The notes beneath the pieces are model-generated. The model ran no database searches. It worked only from the letters and a program-made list of their open reading frames with translations, and was not told the DNA's origin. This document shows positions 1 through 9,039 of a stretch of DNA of 64,000 nucleotides, in pieces. Position 1 is the stretch's first letter, and each line of letters opens with the position of its first letter. The position numbers and the translations under genes are program-made. Source of the DNA: a virus; IMG/VR virus record IMGVR_UViG_3300021093_000006. One strand, written 5' to 3'.

Positions 1-663
1 CAAAACATTTAATTGTTCATCTGAATATTTATGCCAAAACTGATACCCTCTAAATGGTTTAGCCAATTTTACCACTTGTGATGAATGTGCTGGTGTACCT
101 ACATAAGTTTTATTATTTACTAAATAACCAAAATTACACACCTCAATACCTACAGAATTTCTATGCATTGGCGAATTACCAGTTCCAGTATGCCAACCAT
201 AACCTCCTTCAGGAAATGCTTGCACCAAAACTCCGTCATGTTTTGATGATCCGTCTTTTACGTTTTGACCACCTAAAATAAATTCTGTTGCAATTCTACC
301 CCTAGTGTCTCTACCCCAAACATCAACTACAGTATAAGGATTTTCCCAACCAGCAGTATGATGTAAGAATATCCATTCTTTTTTGGTTGGTCCCGCAAAA
401 TATTCTGTCGGAGGTAAAAAATATTTTTTTATCTCTAACCCTTTACTAACACTTAAATTTTCATTTAAATCAGTAGTTAAAATACCCATATGTGACCAAG
501 TTTTTGGCCCAACTACACCATCAACTATCAACCCATTCTTTTTTTGGTATGATTTTACTGCATTTTCAGTTTTTGTCCCAAAATCACCATCAACAGTGAT
601 TTTTAAAAACTCTTGTAATGTTTTAACAGATTCACCTTTACTTCCTTTTTTTAAAACTTCCAT
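1..663 (-). CDS. Endolysin: N-terminal peptidoglycan-binding domain plus N-acetylmuramoyl-L-alanine amidase (Amidase_2 type); 3' end runs off the window
   Basis: Not in the ORF track. Hand translation from ATG at 663: MEVLKKGSKGESVKTLQEFLKITVDGDFGTKTENAVKSYQKKNGLIVDGVVGPKTW (PG_binding_1 pattern), then IFLHHTAG, GWHTG and NSVGIEVCN amidase motifs. The frame is open to base 1. Confidence 0.9.
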   Translation of the reverse strand, partial: MEVLKKGSKGESVKTLQEFLKITVDGDFGTKTENAVKSYQKKNGLIVDGVVGPKTWSHMGILTTDLNENLSVSKGLEIKKYFLPPTEYFAGPTKKEWIFLHHTAGWENPYTVVDVWGRDTRGRIATEFILGGQNVKDGSSKHDGVLVQAFPEGGYGWHTGTGNSPMHRNSVGIEVCNFGYLVNNKTYVGTPAHSSQVVKLAKPFRGYQFWHKYSDEQLNVL

Positions 664-682
664 TTTTTTATTTTTTTTATTG

Positions 683-1288
683 TTATTTTATATCAGTTGA
701 TTCTAATAAAGTATAAGAAAATTTATTTCCATGAATTTTTGCAGCTTTCTTACATATTTTCATAAACTCATCAAAATCCTTTACTCTTTTAAATACTTGA
801 CAACCTTCTGACCAATTTTCTACCCAAGTTGAGTCTTGTCCTGCCTTATGTATATTAATCCCAAACATTCCTGTATCTTTTACAACCTCATCAAATACCA
901 AATCTCTATTCCCATCTCTCCAAACAGTAACATTATTTAGTCTTTGACAAAGTGCGTCATATTTACCTTGATGTTTATCAACCGCCCAAGTAGTTCTATA
1001 TTGTCCAGTTACTAATCTAGCTACACCTTTCTTATTATGAAATTGTTGAACCCCTTTTTTACCTGGATCAGTAGTAGCTTGCCAACAATAGAATTGCCAT
1101 ACCCCTTTTTCATCTTTAAATGATATAGTGATATAATCATCAAATACGTTGGTTACTTTTTTATAAACCGCAGGTGAGGTGTTTCTCACACCAATAATGT
1201 TAACATCAAATCCTTTTCCCGAATCATCATTAAACCATTTATACCCTTTAGACTCAACTGTTGTTTTTATTTGTTCTCTTGTATACAT
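683..1288 (-). CDS. Putative YkuD/L,D-transpeptidase-fold cell-wall enzyme
   Basis: GINIH-x12-SEGCQV resembles the YkuD H...(S/T)xGC catalytic signature; lies directly upstream of the amidase. Confidence 0.55.
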   Translation of the reverse strand: MYTREQIKTTVESKGYKWFNDDSGKGFDVNIIGVRNTSPAVYKKVTNVFDDYITISFKDEKGVWQFYCWQATTDPGKKGVQQFHNKKGVARLVTGQYRTTWAVDKHQGKYDALCQRLNNVTVWRDGNRDLVFDEVVKDTGMFGINIHKAGQDSTWVENWSEGCQVFKRVKDFDEFMKICKKAAKIHGNKFSYTLLESTDIK

Positions 1289-1300
1289 AACTTTTTAATT

Positions 1301-2056
1301 TTAATTATTATTTTTATATTCCATATACCCCTCAATTATCCACATATCTTCTAAAATAATATCTTCTATATGTATAAATAATTCATTAAAGTATTTTTCC
1401 ATCTCTGGATTTGAAAGGTTTTTTGGTGTCGGTATATTGATGTGTCCACCATCTAATACTTCATCATATTGACCACCTTTCATTTTTATGTTTTTTGCGT
1501 TATAAATCGCAAAATCATCATCGTGAGTTATTAAATCCCAACCTATACCTTTTTCATTATCTTTAAAAATGCCAGAATATACTACTGCATTTGGTAAAGT
1601 GTCGGAATTTAAGTATATTATAATAGAATATGTTTCTTCTGCGATTTGATCTTGTAAATCGAACATAGTACCAAATTTCCACTCCCCACCATCAACTTTA
1701 AGTAATGTAGTTTCATTATAATGATCATAATAATATTTTAAAATTAGTGCCGATAATAAATCTTTATCATTTATATCTAATACACCATATTCGATACCAC
1801 CCATCTCATCTTTAAACAAAATATCTTTATACTTTTCAAAAAATTTATATAAAGAATATAATTTGTCTAAATCATTTACACCTGTCATATCAGAAACTTT
1901 AATTATTTTTTCCCCGTCAGTTAAATCAAAAGTTCCTACTGAATATGTGTTTTTATCATCGTCAACAACATTAAAAGTTTTTAAAATTGCCTTTTCTAGT
2001 TTAGATATTTTTAATGTATCTATAATTGATTCTGTTATTAATTTTTTAAACTTCAT
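1301..2056 (-). CDS. Hypothetical protein with N-terminal KKLITES motif (possible virion internal protein)
   Basis: 251-aa ORF, preceded by the TATTTAT motif; no recognised domain. Confidence 0.75.
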   Translation of the reverse strand: MKFKKLITESIIDTLKISKLEKAILKTFNVVDDDKNTYSVGTFDLTDGEKIIKVSDMTGVNDLDKLYSLYKFFEKYKDILFKDEMGGIEYGVLDINDKDLLSALILKYYYDHYNETTLLKVDGGEWKFGTMFDLQDQIAEETYSIIIYLNSDTLPNAVVYSGIFKDNEKGIGWDLITHDDDFAIYNAKNIKMKGGQYDEVLDGGHINIPTPKNLSNPEMEKYFNELFIHIEDIILEDMWIIEGYMEYKNNN

Positions 2057-2060
2057 ATTA

Positions 2061-2067
2061 ATAAATA
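2061..2067 (-). promoter_or_regulatory. TATTTAT putative phage late-promoter motif
   Basis: aaTATTTATtaatATG, 4 nt before the start at 2056. Confidence 0.5.
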
Positions 2068-2078
2068 TTGTTTAAAAT

Positions 2079-2105
2079 AAAAAAGGTGTCCATATAAGAC
2101 ACCTT
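2079..2105 (-). terminator. Rho-independent terminator
   Basis: Stem AAGGTGTC/GACACCTT, 7-nt loop, T-run on the minus strand, downstream of the 2125 gene. Confidence 0.7.
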
Positions 2106-2124
2106 AGTTATAATTATTTTTTTT

Positions 2125-2439
2125 TCATAACTTAAGATCGTTTTTAACATTCATAGATATAATATAATCCATTAAATTACGAACTAAAGAATCTGCATCA
2201 ACTTTTTTATATAATTCAGGGTATCTTTCTTCAAGTATTTTATTTTCTTCGTATTCTCTACAACTTGAAAGAATGTCTGACAACATTGATTTTAACATAT
2301 GTTCTTTGTCATATGTATCTTCAACCTTTCTTTCTAATATTTGTCCTTCAAGTTCTTGTGTATAATCAATAAGTTCCTGAACTTCAGGTTTGTCTAAAAG
2401 ACCAGGATTTCTACGAAAAAGTTGTTTTATGTTTTTCAT
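2125..2439 (-). CDS. Hypothetical protein (start re-assigned to MKNIKQLF at 2439)
   Basis: The upstream in-frame extension to 2481 overlaps a terminator hairpin and a TATTTTTG -7 element at 2445-2452. Confidence 0.7.
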   Translation of the reverse strand: MKNIKQLFRRNPGLLDKPEVQELIDYTQELEGQILERKVEDTYDKEHMLKSMLSDILSSCREYEENKILEERYPELYKKVDADSLVRNLMDYIISMNVKNDLKL

Positions 2440-2467
2440 AAAAACAAAAATACAAAAAAATAATGAA

Positions 2468-2498
2468 ATAAAAACCCCCACCTGTTTAGAGATGGGGG
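2468..2498 (-). terminator. Rho-independent terminator
   Basis: CCCCCA/TGGGGG stem flanked by A and T runs, downstream of 2612..3679. Confidence 0.6.
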
Positions 2499-2611
2499 AT
2501 TTTTTTATTTTAAAATTATTATTGGGTTACCGGATTGAAACTTATTGTTCCGTAATTTTTTGTTTTTCTTCTTGTGAAATGTTATTTAATATGTGTTTCA
2601 TAATAATTTTA

Positions 2612-3679
2612 TTATATTTTTTGAGATCTAATTGCTAGTAATCCATTTTTGAAATTTATGTCTGTTATTTTGTTGATTGAGTTATCGTCATAACTTTCAG
2701 ACTTACCTGTTTTTATGTCTCTTAATGTGATACTAAAATTACCCTTAAGATTTCCAATCGCATCAATAACATAATCAACTTTTACCCCATTTTTTGTTAG
2801 TGACACATTTGATCCAATGTCATATATTTCATTGACTAATCTTCTTTGTTCCAATAACATATTTTTTTCTTGTTCAAATAAAGTTTTAAACTTATTAGTT
2901 TCTTCATTATAGTTATTTGTTTTACCCATAGAATCTTCATAAGAATAATTGAATAATTTTTTCATTTTATTCATATCCTCATTAATCATGTTTTTGTTTT
3001 TGTACGATATAGTTGTACCTTCATTAATTGAATCGTCCCATCTAAGTTTAAAAGTTTGGTTACCATCAGTCATTAAAAATACATGTCCATCATACTTGTA
3101 ATGTTCTGGAATAAGTTTTTTCATATCATATTCAGATGTAAACTCATTTTTAAAATTTAATCTTTTCATTTTTTTTGTTTTTGATTCGTTTGTTACTCTA
3201 ACTTTTGGAGTATAGTGGTATTCCTCTGGTTTTTCGTATTTATGTTTTATATATTTATTACTATTATCTATTAATGTTTCATAAGTGTCATCTTCTTCAT
3301 CTGTTTCACCAAATCCATCATAAGTTCCAAAATTTTCATCATATTCTGAAGTATCATTTAATTTATCCATTCTTTCAGAAAAAGATTTAAAAACTTCAGT
3401 ATCTTCATTATCATATTTTAAACTTGACATTTTACCAGCACCTAAATCTTCTATTTCATAAGCCTCTTCATAATCTGATCGATTATATTTAGGTGTTTTG
3501 AAATCTTCTTTATTGTCAAAATGATAATAGTCAGATAATTTTTTATTAAAATCTTTTAATGCATCAGTATTAATTTCACCACTTTTAGATCTAGCACCCA
3601 TTGCGGTTGATAATCCAGCAACTTCTCTATTTTCTTTAATAGTGATTTTTGTTTTTTTAGTTAAGAATTTTCTTTCCAT
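2612..3679 (-). CDS. Hypothetical acidic protein, probably virion-associated
   Basis: 355-aa ORF behind the TATTTAT motif, with many (I/L/V)-x-E sites; no recognised domain. Confidence 0.75.
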   Translation of the reverse strand: MERKFLTKKTKITIKENREVAGLSTAMGARSKSGEINTDALKDFNKKLSDYYHFDNKEDFKTPKYNRSDYEEAYEIEDLGAGKMSSLKYDNEDTEVFKSFSERMDKLNDTSEYDENFGTYDGFGETDEEDDTYETLIDNSNKYIKHKYEKPEEYHYTPKVRVTNESKTKKMKRLNFKNEFTSEYDMKKLIPEHYKYDGHVFLMTDGNQTFKLRWDDSINEGTTISYKNKNMINEDMNKMKKLFNYSYEDSMGKTNNYNEETNKFKTLFEQEKNMLLEQRRLVNEIYDIGSNVSLTKNGVKVDYVIDAIGNLKGNFSITLRDIKTGKSESYDDNSINKITDINFKNGLLAIRSQKI

Positions 3680-3693
3680 TTTCTTTTTTATTA

Positions 3694-3700
3694 ATAAATA
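3694..3700 (-). promoter_or_regulatory. TATTTAT putative late-promoter motif
   Basis: gaTATTTATtaa, 14 nt before the start at 3679. Confidence 0.5.
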
Positions 3701-3719
3701 TCACTTTTTTATAAAAAAA

Positions 3720-3751
3720 TTTGGCAGATTAAAATATTATATATATATTTG
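3720..3751 (+). promoter_or_regulatory. Bacteroidota-type sigma70 promoter (-33/-7)
   Basis: TTTG (3720-3723), 20 nt, TATATTTG (3744-3751); matches TTTG-N19-21-TAnnTTTG. Confidence 0.75.
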
Positions 3752-3771
3752 TTTATATAAAATCAAACACT

Positions 3772-4068
3772 ATGAAAAAATTAATCTTAATTATCGGAAT
3801 CGTTTTATCAACTAGTCTATTTGTTAGTTGTAATAATCCTAAGAAAATTTATTTAAATGATTCTAATTTAAAATCACCTAATACATCAACGGTTGTTGAA
3901 GACAGTACTAAAGTACCTGGATATGATAGAGCACAAAGAGCCTTCTACTGGTACCTTATGTCATTACCCGAAAAAAAACGTCAAGAATGGGTTAATGGTA
4001 GTTATTCAGAAAAAGAATTAAATAATTTTACTGATACCATAGATTATAAACATATTAACATTAAATAA
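3772..4068 (+). CDS. Predicted lipoprotein
   Basis: MKKLILIIGIVLSTSLFVS-C: basic N-region, hydrophobic core, lipobox Cys. Confidence 0.75.
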   Translation: MKKLILIIGIVLSTSLFVSCNNPKKIYLNDSNLKSPNTSTVVEDSTKVPGYDRAQRAFYWYLMSLPEKKRQEWVNGSYSEKELNNFTDTIDYKHINIK

Positions 4069-4096
4069 AAAAATTGGGGAATTCCACAATTTTTTT
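4068..4096. terminator. Bidirectional terminator between convergent genes
   Basis: AAAAAATTG-GGG-AATT-CCA-CAATTTTTT inverted repeat with one mismatch. Confidence 0.55.
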
Positions 4097-4111
4097 ATTG
4101 TAGTAAGTTTA

Positions 4112-4651
4112 TTAACCAGTTATTTTAGAAAAATCAGGATAAGGTTCAATTATAGAAGAATTATTTTCAAGAGAAAATAGATTATCATCCCACTCTTTGT
4201 CCATTTTTCCGTCCACTTTACAAAATTGTTTACCTACTAACCCTGGAGACATATTAGTTGTCATTATATATTTTTTATCTATACCAAATAAACTTTTTAA
4301 AGATGGGTCAGTTATTTCTGTAAATCCTATTATCATTTCATAATCATTAGATTCTCCCCAAACTACATCTCTAGGGATACCTTCCCTAAAAACAAAAAGT
4401 TTAACTGGTCTCGTTTTTTTATTGTATTGAACTAGTTTCCAAGGATAAGGTCCAGAATAACCTACTTCTGAATTTTCAGGATTTTCATAATCAATTTTAA
4501 CACATTCTAAAGATAGACCTTCGCCACCACCCATAGATGTATTTGTTATATCCATTTCAGGTTCTGGTATTGCAATATCAGCAATTTCATTTAAAATTCT
4601 TCTGTTAGCTTCTAATATCAAAGACCTTTTAATTTTTTCTTTTCTACTCAT
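4112..4651 (-). CDS. Hypothetical protein with N-terminal LILE/ILNE motifs
   Basis: 179-aa ORF starting MSRKEKIKRSLILEANRRILNE. Confidence 0.7.
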   Translation of the reverse strand: MSRKEKIKRSLILEANRRILNEIADIAIPEPEMDITNTSMGGGEGLSLECVKIDYENPENSEVGYSGPYPWKLVQYNKKTRPVKLFVFREGIPRDVVWGESNDYEMIIGFTEITDPSLKSLFGIDKKYIMTTNMSPGLVGKQFCKVDGKMDKEWDDNLFSLENNSSIIEPYPDFSKITG

Positions 4652-5861
4652 TTAATTTTAATTTATTTTTATTTATTATTTTTATTACTCTATTTTCATT
4701 ATAGAACTCAATAGCCTCAGGACTTTGGTTACAGTAAGGAAAAGTTTTACACCTTTCTTTTACCCTAACTTTTTGATACCCTAAATTTGTCATATCTGGT
4801 TGTGTTTTTTTAACAGGTACTTTACCTGGTCCTTTATCAGTCAACATAAATTTACTTTTTCCCCAAGGTGAAGTAGCATATGTTGCGTTTGATGACGCAC
4901 CTGTTGCTTCATCAACATTATCTTCTTCCGAAATCATTTCAGGTATTTCTTGATTATAAGAAACTTTATTTTTAAATAATCTACTAATAGGACTATTCAT
5001 AGAACCAACATAGGATCCTGATGATACTGCACCAGTTCCCTCTTCGATTTCTTCATCACCCACTTCTTTAAACGAATCTTCTTTAAACTTTCTAAAATCT
5101 TCAATTTCTTTCTTTCTTCTCTCATCCTCTTCCTCTTTTCTCCTTTTAATGACATCAAAAATTCGATCCTTACTAAATCTATTTTTAGACTTTTGAGTTA
5201 GTTGATTCCTTATACTTTTGGTTATATCATTATAATCTAAATCTTCTTTTAAATTCTTTTTAAATGAAATTTCAATACCATCGACAGTAACTTTTCCACT
5301 TTTTTCTAATTTACTCATTTCTTTTTTAGATAACCTTAAAGATTTTTTTCTACTTTGTTTTTCATCCTCAATTGCAATTATTCCATATTCAGGATCCGTA
5401 TAATAATCTTCTACTTCATAAATGTGTTCCATTGCAATTTTTTTTGCAGTTTCTTTATCATCCGTATGTTCCATTTCTATTTTTGTACCGATAGAAATTT
5501 CTTTTTTTATCTTTTCTAGTTCACTATTATGTTTTTTAGCAATTTCTTTTTCAGTTAATTTTTTTGTTGATTCGTTAAATCTTATTTTGGTTAAATCAGG
5601 TAAACCGCTTTTAGATGTTTCTTTTTTAAATTCATTACCCATTGCAGAGATATTCTCATCTACCATTTCTACACCAAATTTTATTCTCATCAAACCAATT
5701 AAATTTTCTAACTTATCTAATTTATCATCACTCAATGAATGCATCCTATTTAATTGGTTATACATTTTAACCGCAACTTTTAATTGTTCTAAATTTTTAC
5801 AAGAAAGAATAACATTTTTAGTTCTTTCGTAATCACCCATCATTTTATTGATATCCATCAT
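4644..5861 (-). CDS. DUF5661-like domain protein, acidic and modular (start probably 5861)
   Basis: GTKIEMEHTDDKETAKKIAMEHIYEVEDYY matches my recollection of DUF5661. The ATG at 5861 overlaps the upstream TGA (ATGA). Confidence 0.65.
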   Translation of the reverse strand: MMDINKMMGDYERTKNVILSCKNLEQLKVAVKMYNQLNRMHSLSDDKLDKLENLIGLMRIKFGVEMVDENISAMGNEFKKETSKSGLPDLTKIRFNESTKKLTEKEIAKKHNSELEKIKKEISIGTKIEMEHTDDKETAKKIAMEHIYEVEDYYTDPEYGIIAIEDEKQSRKKSLRLSKKEMSKLEKSGKVTVDGIEISFKKNLKEDLDYNDITKSIRNQLTQKSKNRFSKDRIFDVIKRRKEEEDERRKKEIEDFRKFKEDSFKEVGDEEIEEGTGAVSSGSYVGSMNSPISRLFKNKVSYNQEIPEMISEEDNVDEATGASSNATYATSPWGKSKFMLTDKGPGKVPVKKTQPDMTNLGYQKVRVKERCKTFPYCNQSPEAIEFYNENRVIKIINKNKLKLNE

Positions 5862-6118
5862 TTTATTGCATTTAACCAAAATTGTCGTTTTACCCACAAT
5901 TCTTTATATAATTGAACTAAAACATCTTTATTGATGTCCATTATATCTTTTTTTATATCTTTACCTTTTAGTTCTTTTTTTATTATCTGTAATACTTTTT
6001 TTTCTAAATCATCACCAAAAGCTTTTTTTATTTCTTTTCTAATCATCACACCTATTTGATTTTCATCAGTCTGTGACAATGACTCCTTAATTATATACCT
6101 TAAGTGATTATCGTTCAT
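5858..6118 (-). CDS. Small hypothetical protein (IIKES motif)
   Basis: 86-aa ORF at the head of an operon. Confidence 0.7.
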   Translation of the reverse strand: MNDNHLRYIIKESLSQTDENQIGVMIRKEIKKAFGDDLEKKVLQIIKKELKGKDIKKDIMDINKDVLVQLYKELWVKRQFWLNAIK

Positions 6119-6133
6119 ATAAAATATTTTTAT

Positions 6134-6140
6134 ATAAATA
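6134..6140 (-). promoter_or_regulatory. TATTTAT putative late-promoter motif
   Basis: aaTATTTATata, 15 nt before the start at 6118. Confidence 0.5.
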
Positions 6141-6163
6141 TTGTAAAAAATTAAAAGTTTAGA

Positions 6164-6949
6164 TTATTTCTTTTTAAAATTTTCTATCTTATAAAGATAT
6201 CTTAACCCTAGCTGCATATTTGTTGTAGCATCTAACATTAACATATGTCGTTTATATTGTGCAGCTAAAGATAAAGAGAAAGCATCTGTTATATTATTAT
6301 TGAAACTTTTTTGATATCCTCCCCCAAAAAATATTCCCCAATTATTTATTTTTTCTGGTGTAGGTAAAGGTAAACTATTTACATCCATAGAGTCTACTAT
6401 TAACCATTCAGGGCCGATTAACCTAGATTTCCATATACCTCTTTCAGTTTCAGTTAAAACAATCTGTAATGGTAATTTACCAAAAGAAAATTCACCCTTA
6501 TAAAACGCAGTCTTTCTATTAACAAAACCATTCCAAGTAATAAAACTATTATCTTTATTTGGGTAATCTAATTTTAAATCAATTCTATTAGTATCATCTT
6601 TATTAATACTACCAAAACCTTCTGTCATTTTACCTTCTAAAGTAACTATTGAGTTATTAATCATTAAAAGTCTTTCATTCTGATTTTTAATTAATTTAAA
6701 TAAATCTTCATTTTGTTCTTTTAATTGTTTATTTAAATCTTTTTCAGTATTAAAATAATTAACAAGTTTTGCATACTGACCCTGAGATTCTTTAGTGGTT
6801 TTATCCATACTTAATATTACTCTATTTCCACTATCTATTTCGTCCCTTAGTTCTTTTTGCATTTGGTTGTATTTAACCCAACCAAATAACAATAAAACTA
6901 TTATTACAATAGATAAAGATATTAATAATATGTCTTTAATATTTTTCAT
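6164..6949 (-). CDS. N-terminally membrane-anchored coiled-coil protein with C-terminal amphipathic beta strands (spanin candidate)
   Basis: TM ILLISLSIVIIVLLLFGWV, heptad region, C-terminal WGIFFGGGYQ...LGLRYLY. Confidence 0.5.
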   Translation of the reverse strand: MKNIKDILLISLSIVIIVLLLFGWVKYNQMQKELRDEIDSGNRVILSMDKTTKESQGQYAKLVNYFNTEKDLNKQLKEQNEDLFKLIKNQNERLLMINNSIVTLEGKMTEGFGSINKDDTNRIDLKLDYPNKDNSFITWNGFVNRKTAFYKGEFSFGKLPLQIVLTETERGIWKSRLIGPEWLIVDSMDVNSLPLPTPEKINNWGIFFGGGYQKSFNNNITDAFSLSLAAQYKRHMLMLDATTNMQLGLRYLYKIENFKKK

Positions 6950-7479
6950 TATAATTCTCCGCCTTCTGCTTCTTCACCTTCTTCAGTCTCAGTACTCTCT
7001 AAACTTTCAGGTCCTTCCTCAGCATTTTCTTCGTCTTTAACCTCATTATTATACTCTTCCGCTATTTTAGTTGCCCATTCATTTGACCAACTTTCATAAT
7101 ATGCAACTAATTTTTGTATCTGTTTAAGTGTTTGATCATTTAATTGTAATAAATCTGTAGTTATATAAACACCTCTAGTATCATCTAAAGAATAAAACCA
7201 CTCAACATTACTATCCGTAAATTTACCACTAAACTCTACATTTTGAGCTTTAGGGTATAATCTAAATCTGTTGAATTTTACTCTAGGGGATACAGTATCT
7301 CTAAATTTTTTTTCTTCCTCAGAAAGTTCAGTAGGATCTAAATCTTTATCTTCTTTATTTTCATCCACCTCTTTTAATAATCTACGTTTTTGTAAATTCT
7401 CTTTTATAATTTTTTTATTAGCATTTTCAGATTCTCTGATAATTTCTAACATTTTTCTAGTTACATCATGTTCACTCAT
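6949..7479 (-). CDS. Hypothetical acidic protein
   Basis: 176-aa ORF with IIRES, IIKEN and LLKE motifs and a Glu-rich tail. Confidence 0.7.
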   Translation of the reverse strand: MSEHDVTRKMLEIIRESENANKKIIKENLQKRRLLKEVDENKEDKDLDPTELSEEEKKFRDTVSPRVKFNRFRLYPKAQNVEFSGKFTDSNVEWFYSLDDTRGVYITTDLLQLNDQTLKQIQKLVAYYESWSNEWATKIAEEYNNEVKDEENAEEGPESLESTETEEGEEAEGGEL

Positions 7480-7489
7480 ATCTTTTTAT

Positions 7490-8098
7490 TTAATTCTCTA
7501 TTAATTCTTTAAAATTTTTAAAATCCCAACTAGGATTTAAATCTGTACTATCTTTGTAGTAATTACTTCTATAAGTAATCCCTTCGAAATATTCCACTCC
7601 ATCAATAAATGTATTATGTCCTACACAATTAATAGGTATATTATATTTTTCACAAAGATATTTAACTAAATTAGCACAAGAAGAAATTTGTTTTTTAGTG
7701 TATGTATCCCAATAAGTATACCCACGCCATCTTTTTTCAAATACTTCTTTATTCTTTTTATAAATATTACCAACCCAGTTAAAGTACTCATTATTCAGTA
7801 AATCTTTTTGTAACCAACCTTGATTTTCAATGGTTATTGAAATTATCTTTTTATCTATTGGTTTATTATCTAAAAAATCTGAATATAATGAGGGATCAAA
7901 ATGTTGGTGGATTTCTCCATTTTTAAAAATAGTAAAGGTGGAGGTTTTTTTATATTCTCCACCCATTCTGGTTTTCCATCCTTTTATATGGTAATCTTTT
8001 TCCGAAAAACTATTACCTATAACTATTTGCCTTTTATTAAACTCAGTATTATAATAGTTTTTTTCATCTAACTTATATTTCTCTAAGTTGATGTCCAT
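7490..8098 (-). CDS. Amidase_2-like protein lacking the Zn-binding His motifs (pseudo-amidase)
   Basis: Aligns by eye with the 1..663 amidase (RWRGYTYWDTYTKKQ vs PFRGYQFWHKYSDEQ), but HHTA is replaced by GNSF and WHTG by SDFL. Confidence 0.7.
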   Translation of the reverse strand: MDINLEKYKLDEKNYYNTEFNKRQIVIGNSFSEKDYHIKGWKTRMGGEYKKTSTFTIFKNGEIHQHFDPSLYSDFLDNKPIDKKIISITIENQGWLQKDLLNNEYFNWVGNIYKKNKEVFEKRWRGYTYWDTYTKKQISSCANLVKYLCEKYNIPINCVGHNTFIDGVEYFEGITYRSNYYKDSTDLNPSWDFKNFKELIEN

Positions 8099-9039
8099 TA
8101 ATTGATTCTTTTAATATCACTTTTTTTATTTTTAACAGGTGGATTAATAACACCTTTAGATTCTTTATATTTCTTTAATGCATTTTCTAATACTTCATTA
8201 GGTGATTCAGGTTCTTTAATTATCTCTTCGGCAAATATTTTAGAATCTTCTTCACTTAATTCAATAGAATTTTCATCTTCTAACCCATCTAATAAAGTAT
8301 TATCTAAATCAGAAAAATCATCTTCTTCGTCAATATATGGTGTAAATGATAATGCAGTAGGCTCTTCTAATAGTTCTTCTTCCGTAGGTAGTTCAGGAAG
8401 TTTACCTTCTTCTTTAAGTTTTTTTACTCTTTCCCACACTTCCTTTTGTAAATCAACATATTTTTTTACTCTATCATCATCCACTAATTCTTCATCATTC
8501 CGATCATCAATAATAGGATCTATTGTTTTTTCTTTTACTACTTCAACAGTATCATTTGATTCAGTTTGAATTTTTTTAGATTCATCGTATTTAACAAAGA
8601 AATGTAAAGATGTTAATGAAATAACTGGTAATAAACCACCTTCTAAAAATGCTAACCACCTTTTCATTGACACTAAATCTGTAGGATCCGAACCTATCAT
8701 CTCCCACATTGGTCCTGTTAATTCTACCCAAGATTTAAATAAATCCCCATTTGAATCGATTTCCTTAAATGAAAAGAATATGTTACCAATCATCTGTATT
8801 AATGTAACCAACCCAAACATAAACCAAACACCACCTTTTATTTTATTGGTTGCTGCAACTAATGCAGTCATTGCAGCAACTTCGATTGCGATTGATAGGT
8901 AAATAGCCCAACTTATTGGATTAGCTATATCATACCAAGTAACTACGTGAGAAATAGATATTGTAGCAACTAATAAAATAGGTACTAAAAACATAGACCT
9001 ATTAGGATTATTTTTTATCCAATTCCAAAAATTAATCAT
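8098..9039 (-). CDS. Polytopic membrane protein with an acidic C-terminal tail (holin candidate)
   Basis: About 4 hydrophobic segments in the first 150 aa, then an acidic hydrophilic tail; sits in the lysis-like cluster. Confidence 0.5.
   Translation of the reverse strand: MINFWNWIKNNPNRSMFLVPILLVATISISHVVTWYDIANPISWAIYLSIAIEVAAMTALVAATNKIKGGVWFMFGLVTLIQMIGNIFFSFKEIDSNGDLFKSWVELTGPMWEMIGSDPTDLVSMKRWLAFLEGGLLPVISLTSLHFFVKYDESKKIQTESNDTVEVVKEKTIDPIIDDRNDEELVDDDRVKKYVDLQKEVWERVKKLKEEGKLPELPTEEELLEEPTALSFTPYIDEEDDFSDLDNTLLDGLEDENSIELSEEDSKIFAEEIIKEPESPNEVLENALKKYKESKGVINPPVKNKKSDIKRIN

Noticed and set aside
78-700. Plus-strand ORFs 78..281 and 383..700
   Set aside because: They are antisense shadows of the minus-strand endolysin.
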